A stretch of DNA of 64,000 nt from Felis catus (taxonomy: Eukaryota): NCBI RefSeq assembly GCF_018350175.1, contig NC_058368.1:122576001-122640000 (forward strand), given 5' to 3'. The position numbers and the translations under genes are program-made. The notes under the pieces are model-generated. The model was not told where the DNA came from, ran no database searches, and saw only the letters and a program-made list of their open reading frames with translations. Shown here one piece after another: positions 40,025 through 52,100 of the stretch. Positions within the stretch are counted from its first letter, which is position 1, and each line of letters opens with the position of its first letter.

Positions 40025-43000
40025 TGAAGTTGTTTCTGTTAAGTAGACTCCACGGCAAGATGAGGGCCAAAGGAAGAGGCCAAAAGGAGTGGCTCATCCT
40101 ATTCCACCACAGTTTTTTTTTTTTTGTCTATTTCGTACACTGAAATAGACATATATTGAGTTTACTGAAAGAGGGATTTCACAACAGAAGAGTCTGAAAA
40201 TAGAAAATAGCCTATTTCTCTGGTTTGTCCAGAGTCTTTCTCATTTGTTTCTGAATGGCCTATGGAAAATGGGAGAAAAGCTAAAACGGAACACTGATTT
40301 GAGGAGGGAGGAACACTGGAGAGCCAGTCAGGCTTCCTATTAACATTCATCATGGGAGGCAATGACATAGTCAAATTTCCAGTCCCCTTAGGATTGAAGC
40401 ACAAATGCAATCAAAGAGAAGTAGTTTTATATCCTAGGGAGACATTCCTACTGTTATAAACATTCTATAACTTTTCAAATGTGATAAGCAAAAGTAAGTA
40501 GTTCTATGAAGTATGTCAACAGGTGAAGAAAGTAGGGTTATTAGGACATGAAGAGTTTTTGTTGTTGTTGTTTTTCAAGTTCAATTCTATTTTTTTTTTC
40601 CAACTGTGGAGAAAAGGCAGAGAAAAAGCTACTAAACAGGGAGTTGTGAAAAAACTTCTAGAAAGGGAATTCATAACCTGTGTCACTTTAGGCTACAGGT
40701 TGATGAGGACTGAAAAACACTGCAGTTCAACTAATTAAAAAATGCCCTTTATTTAGGTTAGGGAAGAGTCTCTGTCTCAAAGCCCAAAGGCAATCCAATG
40801 GCCTCTGTTAGACTGTCAGAAATGAATGAGAAGCTTAATTTTGTAACATAACTAAAGCAAGAGAAAAATAACAGTTTTTATATGACATTGTATTAATTTT
40901 TGGTTTTGAAAACTTGTATTCAAAAAATAGTTTCCTAAGTAGCCTCTTTCTACCCCAGACCTTTATCAAGTCTTCCCCTTCCTTAATTTCCACACTGCAA
41001 AGTAATTGAGATTTTATAAATAAGTCAGTGTTTACTCTTTTGAAGACACTGGGGCTCACAGACCACTTTCAGGGTCACTCTCCTCCTCTGGGCCTTTCAA
41101 CAGCCCAGTGAGATAAGCGGGAAGATTTTCATTTATAAGCTGACAGTTCTACCACATAGACAAGAATTCCCTGAGGAAATCTATCCCTCCAGAATTCCCC
41201 CAAATGCCCCCCACCCACTGCCCCATGACAGCTAGTAACAGGCAGAGCTCTTGACACACCTGAGGCACTTGGCTAGCGTTTGAGAAAGAGGAAAACCCTG
41301 GCTGAGAATCACCAACGAGCTGCTCAAAATACAAAGCAACAAGTGAACAGCGCAGGCAGGCCCTGAGCTCAGATGTCCATGATCGGATATCTAAGATGCT
41401 TTCCATTCCTAAGCCTTTGATAGTTCCCCTCAGTCTTTTACTCTGGAGTTTCCCTTCCAAGATGCTTTACGTGGGTAGAGCCGAGTGTGGGTGACGGCTC
41501 TTCTTTTGGTCTCCTATACGCTGGTTCTCCATGTCCTAAATATTTGCTCCCAGTTCAAAGTGAAGCGAGAGGAAGCAGAGATGCAGGGGTGGGACTGGAC
41601 CTAGGTGTCCTCCAGGTTCTTGGCTGGGTTTAGGCGCCCCAGCTCTTAGGCGCTGCTCTTCGTAGGACCCCTCCCCTTCGCCTGGAATACAGACTTCCCA
41701 CGGCGCCCGCGACGCTCACCATCACACCTCTCATCACACCACAGCACCCTGGAAACAACTCTCAAGGTCGTGTTCCCATCCAAGGACATGTATTCTGGGA
41801 ATTCCCAAACACACACCAAACACATCACATCTACCTCCAATGCGGCAGAAAGGCATTCTCTGCAAGATAATATTTACAGAAATCCACTTAGTATTTGCAA
41901 AAAGCCACTTCTCTGTGATATGTCTCCTAGAGAGAATTCTGGAACTCTTTATCCACACCTTCCAAATTTCTGCTGCATGTGCCTCTGGGAGGTGGCAGCT
42001 GTACCTGGGCTGCTGAGACTGTGAAGCCAGACAAGACCTGCGTTTATTTCCAGCTTTGCCCAAAACTTCTTGCTGGATAACTCCGGATAACTAACTTCAC
42101 CTCTCTGTGCCCCAATTTCCTCAAAATGGGTTTTTGTAGAGACGCTGACAAGAAAAGACATAGAAAACACTGGAACCTAACTGTGAGATCCCGACCTCTC
42201 CTGGGGTCCGCTACAAGTGGTAGCTCACAGCAGAGGAAAACAATGACTGTAACTATCCTAACTTCCTACCTGCAGAGCTCATATGCTAGCTATCATCCCC
42301 CTAAATGTTATTCATACTTATTTAATATGAAAAGTAAGAGAGACCATGTTATGGGATCTGTTGAGAGTAGCAGGAAAAATATGCTGTCTGGATCCTCCCA
42401 GGACTAATTAGAGAATGTGAGTCTTTCCTCTTTACCACTTGCCCTGGTAACACCAAGTAATAGTAATGGTAGAAGCAGAAACCCCAAAATGAATGCAGTG
42501 GTGAGGGGCATGCACTTTGATTCCAATCAGGTGTGTATGTTTGAGTCCTGCCTCCAACACTTCTTCTATCACTGATCCTGGGCAAAGGCATTTGATCTTC
42601 CACAGGTTTTTGATCAATAAAATGAGGATAACTATAGTACCTTTCAGACAGTGTTGAGTCAACGATCAAATGAGACAATGCATATAAGGCAAATAACACA
42701 ATAAATGGCACAAAAACTCTCAAGAGGTGTGAGCTATTCTTATTAGTTATAATTTTTAATTTACTTATTGATTTAACTGATGACCATGAGACGTCGATGT
42801 GCTAGGCACCATGCCAGGTAGTGGAGACAGGTGAACAGCAGTACAAGGTCCCTGCTCCGATCTGCAGAACCACCCTAAACTGCCAGCCTGACATTCAGAA
42901 GCAAGGGCTAGTGTGGAGGTAGACCATACAGGTCATGTACATAGATAACCTGAGTAGGAACAATGAGATGTGAGGCCAGAGACACTCACGGAGAAAGCCC

Positions 43001-44843
43001 CAGGCAATTCTACCAGCAAAGAGAAATTCCTCTTTCCAAGAAAGTAATAAACACAGGGTAGTAAGAAGGCTTTGATCTCAGGAAGGCAGCAAAAATAGGT
43101 GGCAGGAAAAACAATACAAACAAAGCCTTACAGGGGCCCCCAAATTGTGGCAGAGGGTGGTGTCTGGGGAGGCAAAAGGTATCCGGCAAGAAAGACTGCC
43201 CCCATCAGTCCTCAGATTCTAGTGACATTTTAGCTACTGGGTGGGGCAGCCTTCAGGGAAAGGAATACAGAGAGGCTAGAAAACTTAATTCAAATTCCAT
43301 AATCTTACCATTTAAAAAAAAATATGCTAGAATGACAGCAGGGGATATATGTTGCATTTAGGTCTTCAGTGACATTTTATGTGTATGTATATCTGTGTCC
43401 ATATTTTCATGTTTTTGATTATATCTAGGAAGGGTAGCTCAACCTTTTTAGTATATAGAAAACTATAATCATCAAAAGACATGCAAACGTACAAAAACAT
43501 TTGAATCTAATAGGACCCTTGTTCACAGAAATACAAACACAAAGCCTGAGGAAAATCTACAAATGGATTCCTTGCCCCCAAAGACCAATACCCCCCTTCT
43601 GCCATGCTCCTCTCCTCCTCCCCCTGCCAACCCCCACTGGCCCCACACCCTCTCCAACAATGTGAATACGAGGTAGTCTGGTTTGAAGAAATTCACAACC
43701 ACTGTCCATTCCTGTCACAAATGCTGGAGACACCCAGCCCCAGCTTCAAGGGAGAGGTGGCTATGCAGCACCACGCCCCATGCACAGAAAGAAAGAATGG
43801 AAGCTGCACTGAAAATGAAGGATGCACCCCAGGGAAGAGCATCCAGACAGGAACAAAAGGGAACCCCTTGCAAACCGGGCCCTGGGATTAGGGCATAGGC
43901 ACATTATGGGGGCTTGGAAAGCAAGTTATCGGGACCATATTTCTCTATCATTCTTGAAAGGTAGCCTAAGTGATACCTACAAGAATGGGCGTGGCCCTCA
44001 ATGCCATATCACAGGCTGAGTCCATAAGAAGAACCTTGCAGTCTTCCCACCAGAAAGAAAACAAATAACCTTTTCTCTGCTTACCCCACACAGAAGAACT
44101 GGCAAAGGTACACTGGCTGTAAGGCAAGTGGCATACAGCGCTCATACACATGTAAGAGCATGAGAGCTGGGCTTCATCCCTCCTCAGTTAGGGAAACAGT
44201 ATAAAAATTCAGCTTTTGTCCCAGTCTTTTTTTTTTTAATGATACCTTCCACAGCTCTCTGCAAAGACAACTGGCACTGAGAAAATCCAGTGCATTGTAA
44301 AAGATCCACAATGTTTCAATAATGCAAGGCCAACGCTAAGATCCACAATGTTTCAAAAACACCTGAAGTCAGTATCACAAACTGATAAAGGAGGATGTGC
44401 TTACACCCCACACCTTTACCTGGAAAAAGGACCCCCACCCATCCCCACTCTTTCTCCTAAGCAGTGTTTGTTCCCTAATACCAGCTGGACAGCAGCTGGA
44501 GGTGGGGTGCACTTGTGTGGGGTGAAGCTCAGGTGCATGAAAAAGAATGTTTCAACAGAAATAAACCACTTGAGAATAAAGTGCACTAGAGGCAAGAACA
44601 GCGACCTCCTGCCTACAGAGCTAAGGTCCACCATTGGCAATCTCACACACATAGGGCGTTCCAAACATAGCAGAACAAGTGCAAACAGACGCATGCCCGC
44701 AGCAAAACCTGGTGGATCCCTGGCAAATGAACTATCGTGGCAGGTACAGCTCTACCCTAGGGCAGCTGCAGAGTCTCCCAGGGGCAAGTGGATCACTTCC
44801 TTTGTTCGCCTTGCAAAGATGGAGTAGCGACCCATTCCCCCAC

Positions 44844-44845
<2 letters not shown>

Positions 44846-44887
<42 letters not shown>
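44846..44887. repeat. (AC)21 microsatellite
   Basis: Seen directly. Confidence 0.98.
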
Positions 44888-44888
<1 letters not shown>

Positions 44889-45951
44889 ATTCACTAAAGA
44901 CAAAGCACAACCACACAGCTGCATGCTAAACTAACAAATGTCAGTGTTTTTTGTCATTGTCGTTTTGCCCCCTACCCTTTTTTTTCCTTCCCAGTAATGC
45001 CCACCCCAGCCTGTGGTAAGCCTCATTTCAGCGCAGCGCAAAGAAATCCCGAGCCTGGGCGCGGTATTTTTGCCGCTGAGAGCTGCCTCTGGAGAAGATG
45101 GGGCTTCTCTACCTGCTAACGGCACGTCCCCTCTCCACCCCGCCCAGGGCATTTGACACCCGCTCGCCGCGGGTGGCTCGATCTTGCACACAATGGCAGT
45201 TGGGCACGGAATGCACCCAGCGTGTGTCTGCGACCCCCTACTAAAATCTGACCTTAAAACTCAGCCTATTCTTGGGATAAGGGGGGGGGGGGGACACGAA
45301 AAATATAAAATGCATCGAGAGAAAAAAAAAAAGTTGTTCCTTCCCGCCACAGCCACGTTAGTTCAGACCCGAATATGACGTACCGAAATATGAATAAGGG
45401 TGAATGCAGGCAAGAAGGGGACAGGGTGAAGACAGAAGGTCCAGACACCCCGCCACCCTGGCGGCGCGGGAGGCAGAGCCGCGGGCTGGAGCTGGGAGAG
45501 GGGCGCGGTCGTGCTACCAGGCACCCCTGGGGAAAGGTGTCACCTCTCCATAGCCCACCTCGCCAAAAGGCACCTAAAACAAAAAGCACACCCTGCCCGG
45601 GGAAGCGCATACTGACACCCCAGGCGGCGCGAGGGTCCAGGGAGGGCCGTGAGCCAGGCGTTATTTGGAAACTACCGGCTGGTGGGAAAAGAGGATACAT
45701 AATCCAAAGTTCTCGGCGCCACTCTGGGTTTCCTCTTTGTTTTGTTTTCCCCAAACGGCAGGGTCGCTCCGTCTGGGTGGCGCCCGGCGCGCCGGCTGGG
45801 CTGACCACCGCTCTCCACCCCCGGGACCCCGGGTCCCAGTCCCTCCCGGGGGACCGGACCGGGGAAGCCGGCGGGATCCAAGGCGCCCCGCCCGCAGCTC
45901 AGCGAGCAACGAGCGAGAGACGCAGGCGGCGGCGCCCGGAGCCCCACTCAC

Positions 45952-45990
45952 CGTGATCCGCGGGATGTTCTTCTTGCCTTGGTAGGACAT
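45952..45990 (-). CDS. DPYSL3: DPYSL3 short-isoform (CRMP4a) coding exon 1, MSYQGKKNIPRIT
   Basis: ATG at 45990-45988 in GCCGCCACCATG Kozak context; in-frame upstream TGA at 46074-46072; no upstream ATG for about 380 nt; donor ACG|GTGAGT, phase 0. Confidence 0.96.
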
Positions 45991-46446
45991 GGTGGCGGCG
46001 GTGGCTGCAGCAGCTGCCTCCCTCCCTCCTTCTCCTGCTCCTGCTCCTGCTCCCGTTCGCCCGCGCCGTCCTCAGCGCGCAGCGCCGGAGATCAGGTGGA
46101 GCGAATGGTGCGCTGGCCGCGGCCGCCGCCTCCTCTCGCCTCCGCCCCCCTCCCAGGCTCCCGCGGCGGCTGCCAGAGACAATAGTAAATCTCCCCGGTC
46201 CCCCTTTCACCCCCGACCCCCCCGCCACACACACCCTCCTCCACTCGCGTTCACGCCCGGGCTTTTTTTTTTTTTTTCTTTTGCCGTGCCAGCTGGGACC
46301 CCGTGAGACAGGAATGGCTGCTCCGCGACTCCTCCCTCTTCTCTCTTATCCCTATTGATTTCCCTCTTTGCATCTGCCTCACCCACTTTTTCTTTTTCTT
46401 GCTTTTTTTGTGCCTTACGAGTGCGGCGGAGCCAGTCCGCTCACAG

Positions 46447-46460
46447 CCACCAGGGGGCGC
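46447..46460 (+). promoter_or_regulatory. CTCF core motif
   Basis: CCACCAGGGGGCGC, an exact match to the canonical CTCF core consensus, inside the CpG island. Confidence 0.7.
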
Positions 46461-48293
46461 GAGGGACTTTTTCGGGGCGGGGATGCTGCAGTCCCGGGTG
46501 GAGGAAGAAGAGCGCGAGCGTCGCCTCCCGCCCCCGCCCCCTCGCCCGGCCGCCCAACCCTGGCCTCTGGGGTCGAGCCCCGGGAAGCGCCAACGCCCTC
46601 GGCCAGCCCCGGGTCTGCTTTCCCACCATCCCGATCCTCATTTTGGATAGGGGACGGCTCCCGACTACCCTCCTGCAGAGCCCGCTCTCCTCCGCCTTCG
46701 CGCGGGCTATAGGCGGCGGCGCGGTCTTTGTTACAGCGAAGGGCCGCCTCTGCCGGTAGCTGCGGGTGTAAACCCGCGGCGCAAACCCCGAGAAAGCCGA
46801 GACCTGCTCACACTTTGTGCAGCCCGGCAGGCCCGCTGCTCTCCGGAGACCCTGCCAATACCTATCGGAAAATGTAAAGCAACCACTCACTCTCGCAGGG
46901 CTGCGAGGGGCTATCGTGTCAGTTACCATCAACAGTTCTCTGTGTTTTAAAAATATTCTCAAAACAGTATGTTTTACAGGATCCGCTGCCTGGCTCTCAG
47001 AACGGATGAAAGAGCATTACAGCTGCTCTGTGGGTGAAGAGCAGAGCAGAAAACACCTGTACGTGGAGGGCCCTGGCACATTACTGGTGCGCAGCCATGG
47101 ATGTGTGCTCACTACTGCTGCCTCCCCTGGGTAGTGAACCATGTGCGTTGCTCAAAATCCCTGGTTTACTTTTGGCAGGGCTGATTGTTATTGCAAACAA
47201 AAACATGGCCTTTTGACGCGGGAATATATGGTCCTTCGCCTACTCACTAAAATTAAATGGCCAAGGGAGACATTTTTGGAGGGGCCTTTATGGTGGGGGT
47301 TAACTGGCGGTCCCTAGGCTCTCCTTAAAAATGATTCCAAACACCATTTAAATAACAAAAATGGCTTGCTATGTGAGAATTGTAAAACCCTTTCAAGACC
47401 AGTCTCATACCATCCCCACTCCTCAGCTGTCATTGCTAATGGCCTACTAAATATTCTGCAGATGTCACTATGCACAACTAGGTCTGTTAAGGATCTGAAA
47501 TTCACATTTCTATAAGGCAGGCCACTGACCACACTTCTGGACAGCGTTTCATTAAATTGAAGGCTTTCTCTGAAATAGAGGAACTATATAAAGCATCCAC
47601 CGGAAGAGGATACAGAATACTCCAGCTTGAGCTTTCCATAAACCTAAAATGAACCAGCCTGGTCACATAAAGGAAGGGGAGACCAAGCCTCCTGAAACAC
47701 ACCCTGCTCTCAAGTGAATTAACCCAAGCTTCTGGTTATTCATGGATAACTGGACTGAATGCAGTCTTCCCAGGAAAAGTCCACAGCCGTTCCCACTTTA
47801 TTTCTGTGATACTCTGGCTAGAAGGATGAATGCCAGGCAAAGTCACGTCACCGTACTCTTTTGCAAAGCCCAAGCAGGGTTTAAGGCCAAAGTCACGCCC
47901 AAAACATTTTGCTTTGTTCTTATGCTGAGACCACTAGCCAAGAGTTGTGAAATTACAAAGCATTCTGGGGATTGGCATGCAAATGAGCAGGATTATATTT
48001 AGAACAGGGTAAAAAGAGAATTAACTACATACTATGAAACCCTGCACAGCTCTCTCTGTATCTTTCCCAAAGATGTGTTGTAAACTTGCTGGAAGGGTTC
48101 TTGCAAGTTCTTCAGAAAAGCAAAAATATGTAAGGGATATTTACAATCCTAAGGAAATACCACTGCCTTTTTTTCTTTTTTAATATTATGAGTTTCTTTC
48201 CCTTCCTTGCATCCTATTTATCTCCCGTGTTCCTGTCATTATAATCCAGAACACTCTGTACTAAAAAGATTTATGCCATATTTTTGATCACTT

Positions 48294-48296
<3 letters not shown>

Positions 48297-48334
<38 letters not shown>
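48297..48334. repeat. (TG)19 microsatellite
   Basis: Seen directly. Confidence 0.98.
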
Positions 48335-48336
<2 letters not shown>

Positions 48337-49035
48337 GTTTCAAATTAGAAGACTTGGGGTTAAACTCTTTGAGGTCAGGTTTGCATGCTAGAGGCCATGG
48401 AGAATGGACTTGTGATGTGTTTCTCCAGAGTGACAAGCCAGGCACAGGAATGCATAATAACCAGCTAATCGGTTCAAGCTGTTGCTACAATCAGAAATGT
48501 ACAACAAACACTATTTTCCCCCTCTGGTGTCCCCTCAATCGTCTTTTTCTTTCTTAAATCAAAAGAAAGTGTCCAGGATGAGTTTGAAGGAAAAAGCCTT
48601 CCTTGGCTGGGCCTGTCTTTGAATAAGAAAGGCAGCCATCGACACAGGATGCCTCTGTGTCTGGCCAAGAGAACAGGAGTGGAACCAGCATGGATGTTTT
48701 CCACAGAAGAATGACTCTGAATGGTTTTCCTTGGACACACAGCAGTGCTTGGCTTTAGGTATCTCAGGAAACTATGAGAAAAAGAAAAGGAGACACAGGG
48801 AGACAATTTATGGCCCCAAAGAAACTTAATTTTGGCCACCAAACCTATCATATTGGTAGACTTCCACACCTCAATCAAAGCTACTTTATTCTAGTTACTC
48901 AGACCAAAGGCGTGGCATCGTCCTTGACTCTTCTCCTTCAATCCATCCAATTTGCACTCCATATCCAGTCTTCCAGGAAATGCTATTTGTTCTGTCTCTT
49001 AACTGTATGCAGAATGATAAAGTTAATTCATATAT

Positions 49036-49417
49036 TGAGACCCACAAAATGGAGGCTGCTCCAGTGGTCAGGACCATGTCACAAACCTAAACCTAAGTCA
49101 GCTTCCACTTACAGGAAGAAACACCAGTCAAGGAAACCTAACAAACATCCATCCCAATTCTCCAACCTGTCTAGCTAGCTTACTTTACCCTAGAAAATAG
49201 GACCTGCTAGTGTTATAAGGAAATCCCTAGTCAACCATGCCCTGTTTCCAAGTTGCTTCTTCTAACTCCCTGCAAAATTCACTCTTGCCCGAAATCCTTC
49301 AGGAAGTGTGTTTCACTGCTTGTGAGGCACTGTACTCCCCCAATCTATGGATTGTTTTCCATTGAATAAAGGACATCAAACTAGTTAATCAGTTGTATTC
49401 TTCATGTCATCTGAATA
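49036..49417 (+). mobile_element. Putative solo LTR of unassigned family interrupting an L2 relic
   Basis: Starts TGAGACCC, about 380 bp, AATAAA at 49365-49370 near its 3' end; L2-like sequence on both flanks. Confidence 0.45.
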
Positions 49418-49614
49418 TATTATGATCTCTTAATCTGCAAAGCTTCTTTCTGTGCCTAGCTACCATCATGTATCCTTTGGACTAATGCAGTAACCTCCTC
49501 CCTGGGTCTCTTCCATCATTCATTCATCCATTCATTTTCACAATATTCACATGATGTTTATCTTGAGCTTATTACACACTAATACTTTTCCAGGGGCTAG
49601 TATTATAGAGGTGA

Positions 49615-49615
<1 letters not shown>

Positions 49616-49645
<30 letters not shown>
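49616..49645. repeat. (TAA)n microsatellite
   Basis: Seen directly. Confidence 0.95.
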
Positions 49646-49647
<2 letters not shown>

Positions 49648-49699
49648 TCCCAGATCTCATGCACTTTACATTATACCCTTACTCTAAAATAAGGCATTT

Positions 49700-49927
49700 G
49701 TGGCGCCTGGGTGGCGCAGTCGGTTAAGCGTCCGACTTCAGCCAGGTCACGATCTTGCGGTCCGTGAGTTCGAGCCCCGCGTCAGGCTCTGGGCTGATGG
49801 CTCAGAGCCTGGAGCCTGTTTCCAATTCTGTGTCTCCCTCTCTCTCTGCCCCTCCCCCGTTCATGCTCTGTCTCTCTCTGTCCCAAAAATAAATAAACGT
49901 TGAAAAAAAAATTAAAAAAAAAAAAAA
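49700..49927 (+). mobile_element. Young felid Can-SINE (same subfamily as 15349-15570)
   Basis: Shared diagnostic GCGCAGTCGG, CAGCCAGG and GGGCTGATGG; TSD TAAAATAAGGCATTT at 49685-49699 and 49928-49942. Confidence 0.93.
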
Positions 49928-50639
49928 TAAAATAAGGCATTTATTGGTGCCCTTTCATGCCTGCTTTATCTTCATGGTACTTTTCACCATATGTATATTC
50001 ATTTATCTATATTAATTTATCATTGAGTATTCTTCTCCCCATCATTTAGAATGTAAGCTTCTCGAGGGCAGGGAATGTATTGGTTTTATTTATCCTCAGT
50101 GTGTGAAACAGGACTCTGCCCATAGAAATTGCTCAATAATTATTAGGTGAGTAACTATGTGATTTTTAAATTGTGTCTGAAGAAAGAGTAAATAAAAGGA
50201 ATAAAAATGTTTCTACAGCTAAAGTGCATGTGGTTAGAATCTAGATTTAAGAATATCTATTTTTCCTTCTCCTAAGGCTTCTTAGAGTCTCCTGATTCCA
50301 GATTTCACAGCAGGTGAATTCAAGCTGGTGAGGAAATCCCTTTGTTAATATGATACAGTCACAAGACTCTAAGGCAATACATGGGGCAAAGAATGACTCA
50401 GTAGAATAGATTTGGTGCCTGAGCACTGATTAGAGAGCCATGCCTTTGAAAGGAGCTACCATCAAAATGTATAAGAACATCAAGAGCCTTGTGTTAACTT
50501 AAAGAATTAAAAAACAATTGATAACTGGGTTTAGAGGGAAAACTAGGGACTAAGAATGGTGTGTTGTTTAAGGATGTGGATTTGGAAACAGAGGGATCTT
50601 GGTTCTTATTGACTGGTTGACTGATTGATTGATTGATTA

Positions 50640-52100
50640 TATAGGATAGGCACCTAGACATTAGGAATACAAATATTTGAATAAAGTAGACAAAATCCAT
50701 GCCCTCTTGAAATTTACATTTTAGTAAAGGAACAAGTCAGTGGTTAAGAATTACAATATGTATTGTTTAAAGTGGTAGGAAGTGAACTGAGGATAAGTAA
50801 ACCTAGGGTGGGAAGGTGAAAGTCATTCCAGTGTCTTGAGTTTCGGCTGGAATTTTACATAGGAAGGTCACAGAAAGCCAGGTGAGATGATGGTAGCTTG
50901 GACCAAATGGTAACAGGAGAAGCAGTGAGAAATGGACACATACCAGATATATCCCAAGGTAAAGCTAACAGTATTTGCTGACGGACTTTTGACCAGGGTG
51001 TGAGAAAAAGAGGAATTGAGAATTACACTAAATTTGTGGGCCTGAGCAACTGAAAAGATGAAGGTGTACCTCACTGAGACAGGGGAAAAGTGGGAGGAAT
51101 AGCATTGGGGGAAAGATTGGGAATAGGTCTCTGGACATTCCTATTAAATATCGAACTGAGGGGCGCCTGGGTGGCTCAGTCGGTTAAGCGGCCGACTTCA
51201 GCTCAGGTCACGATCTCGCGGTCCATGAGTTCGAGCCCCGCATCGGGCTCTGTGCTGACAGCTCAGAGCCTGGAGCCTGTTTCAGATTCTGTGTCTCCCT
51301 CTCTCTCTGACCGTCCCCCGTTCATGCTCTGTCTCTCTCTGTCTCAAAAATAAATAAACGTTAAAAAAAAAAATTTAAATATCGAACTGAAATGTTGAGC
51401 AGGAAGGTATCTGGGATTAAAAAGCTAACGGAAGATCTGGGCCTGAGGCACCGATTTGGGAGGTGTCAGCCTCTAGGTATTATTTAACAATGCTGGGGGA
51501 GACCACCAACGAAATGAGGGAGACAGAGGGCAGACAGGTCTGAGGAAGTAAGTGTTCTGAGGAGAAATGAGCAACCAGAAAAAGAAGTGGAGAGAGTGGT
51601 CAATGAGACAGACGGTACACTGTGAGAACATGGTGTTTGGAAGGTCAAGACTCTAAACTATTTCAAAGAGGGAACGTGTTCACTTTGTTAAACGCTACTG
51701 GAGAAGTGAGAATTAATCTGTGCATGAAAAACACTGTCAAGGTCTCTGAGGCCTTGACCTGAGCACCTATACTCACCTACAATGAGTATCTTAACAGGCA
51801 CCTCATAGTGGCTTTCTGGGGACCATATATTAAATTCTTCAAGTCATATTTACCGAGTACCTACTATGTATGTATGTGTACCAGCTCAGTCCTAATGAAG
51901 TCGTGGTGGTGGAAACTGATCAGAGCGTTTCCAAGAGACCATCAAAGTGGAAATTGGAGACATCTAATGTAGACACCTCTCTCAGTGGATTTTATTGTAA
52001 ATGGGCACAGGGAAATGGGGCAGTAACAGGGAGAAAGAGTGGAATCTCATGTGAGAGAAATAACAGCATGGTTGTAGGCAGATGGGGCTGAGAAGAAACT
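50640..52100 (-). mobile_element. L2 relic (interrupted by a SINE)
   Basis: ggtgagatgatggtagcttggacc...gtgagaaatgg...ggcctgagcaactg, typical antisense L2 sequence. Confidence 0.7.
51160..51374 (+). mobile_element. Young Can-SINE inserted in an L2
   Basis: TSD TTAAATATCGAACTGA at 51144-51159 and 51375-51390. Confidence 0.93.

Larger units (their letters stand above)
45030..46910. promoter_or_regulatory. CpG island / promoter of the DPYSL3 short isoform
   Basis: Sharp rise in GC and CpG content around exon 1; GC box GGGGCGGGG at 46474-46482; T15 tract at 46263-46277; GC-rich 5'UTR. Confidence 0.9.

Noticed and set aside
45661..45951. 109-aa ORF starting MSYQGKKNIPRIT as a standalone protein
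   Set aside because: It is exon 1 reading through a strong GTGAGT donor into the intron; similarity to CRMP4 ends exactly at the splice site.
45266..46962. Many overlapping 100-190 aa Arg/Pro/Gly-rich ORFs
   Set aside because: Expected from the scarcity of stop codons in a GC-rich CpG island; no recognisable domains.
51160..51240. tRNA-like A/B boxes
   Set aside because: They are the tRNA-derived heads of Can-SINEs with CT repeat, A tail and TSD, not tRNA genes.
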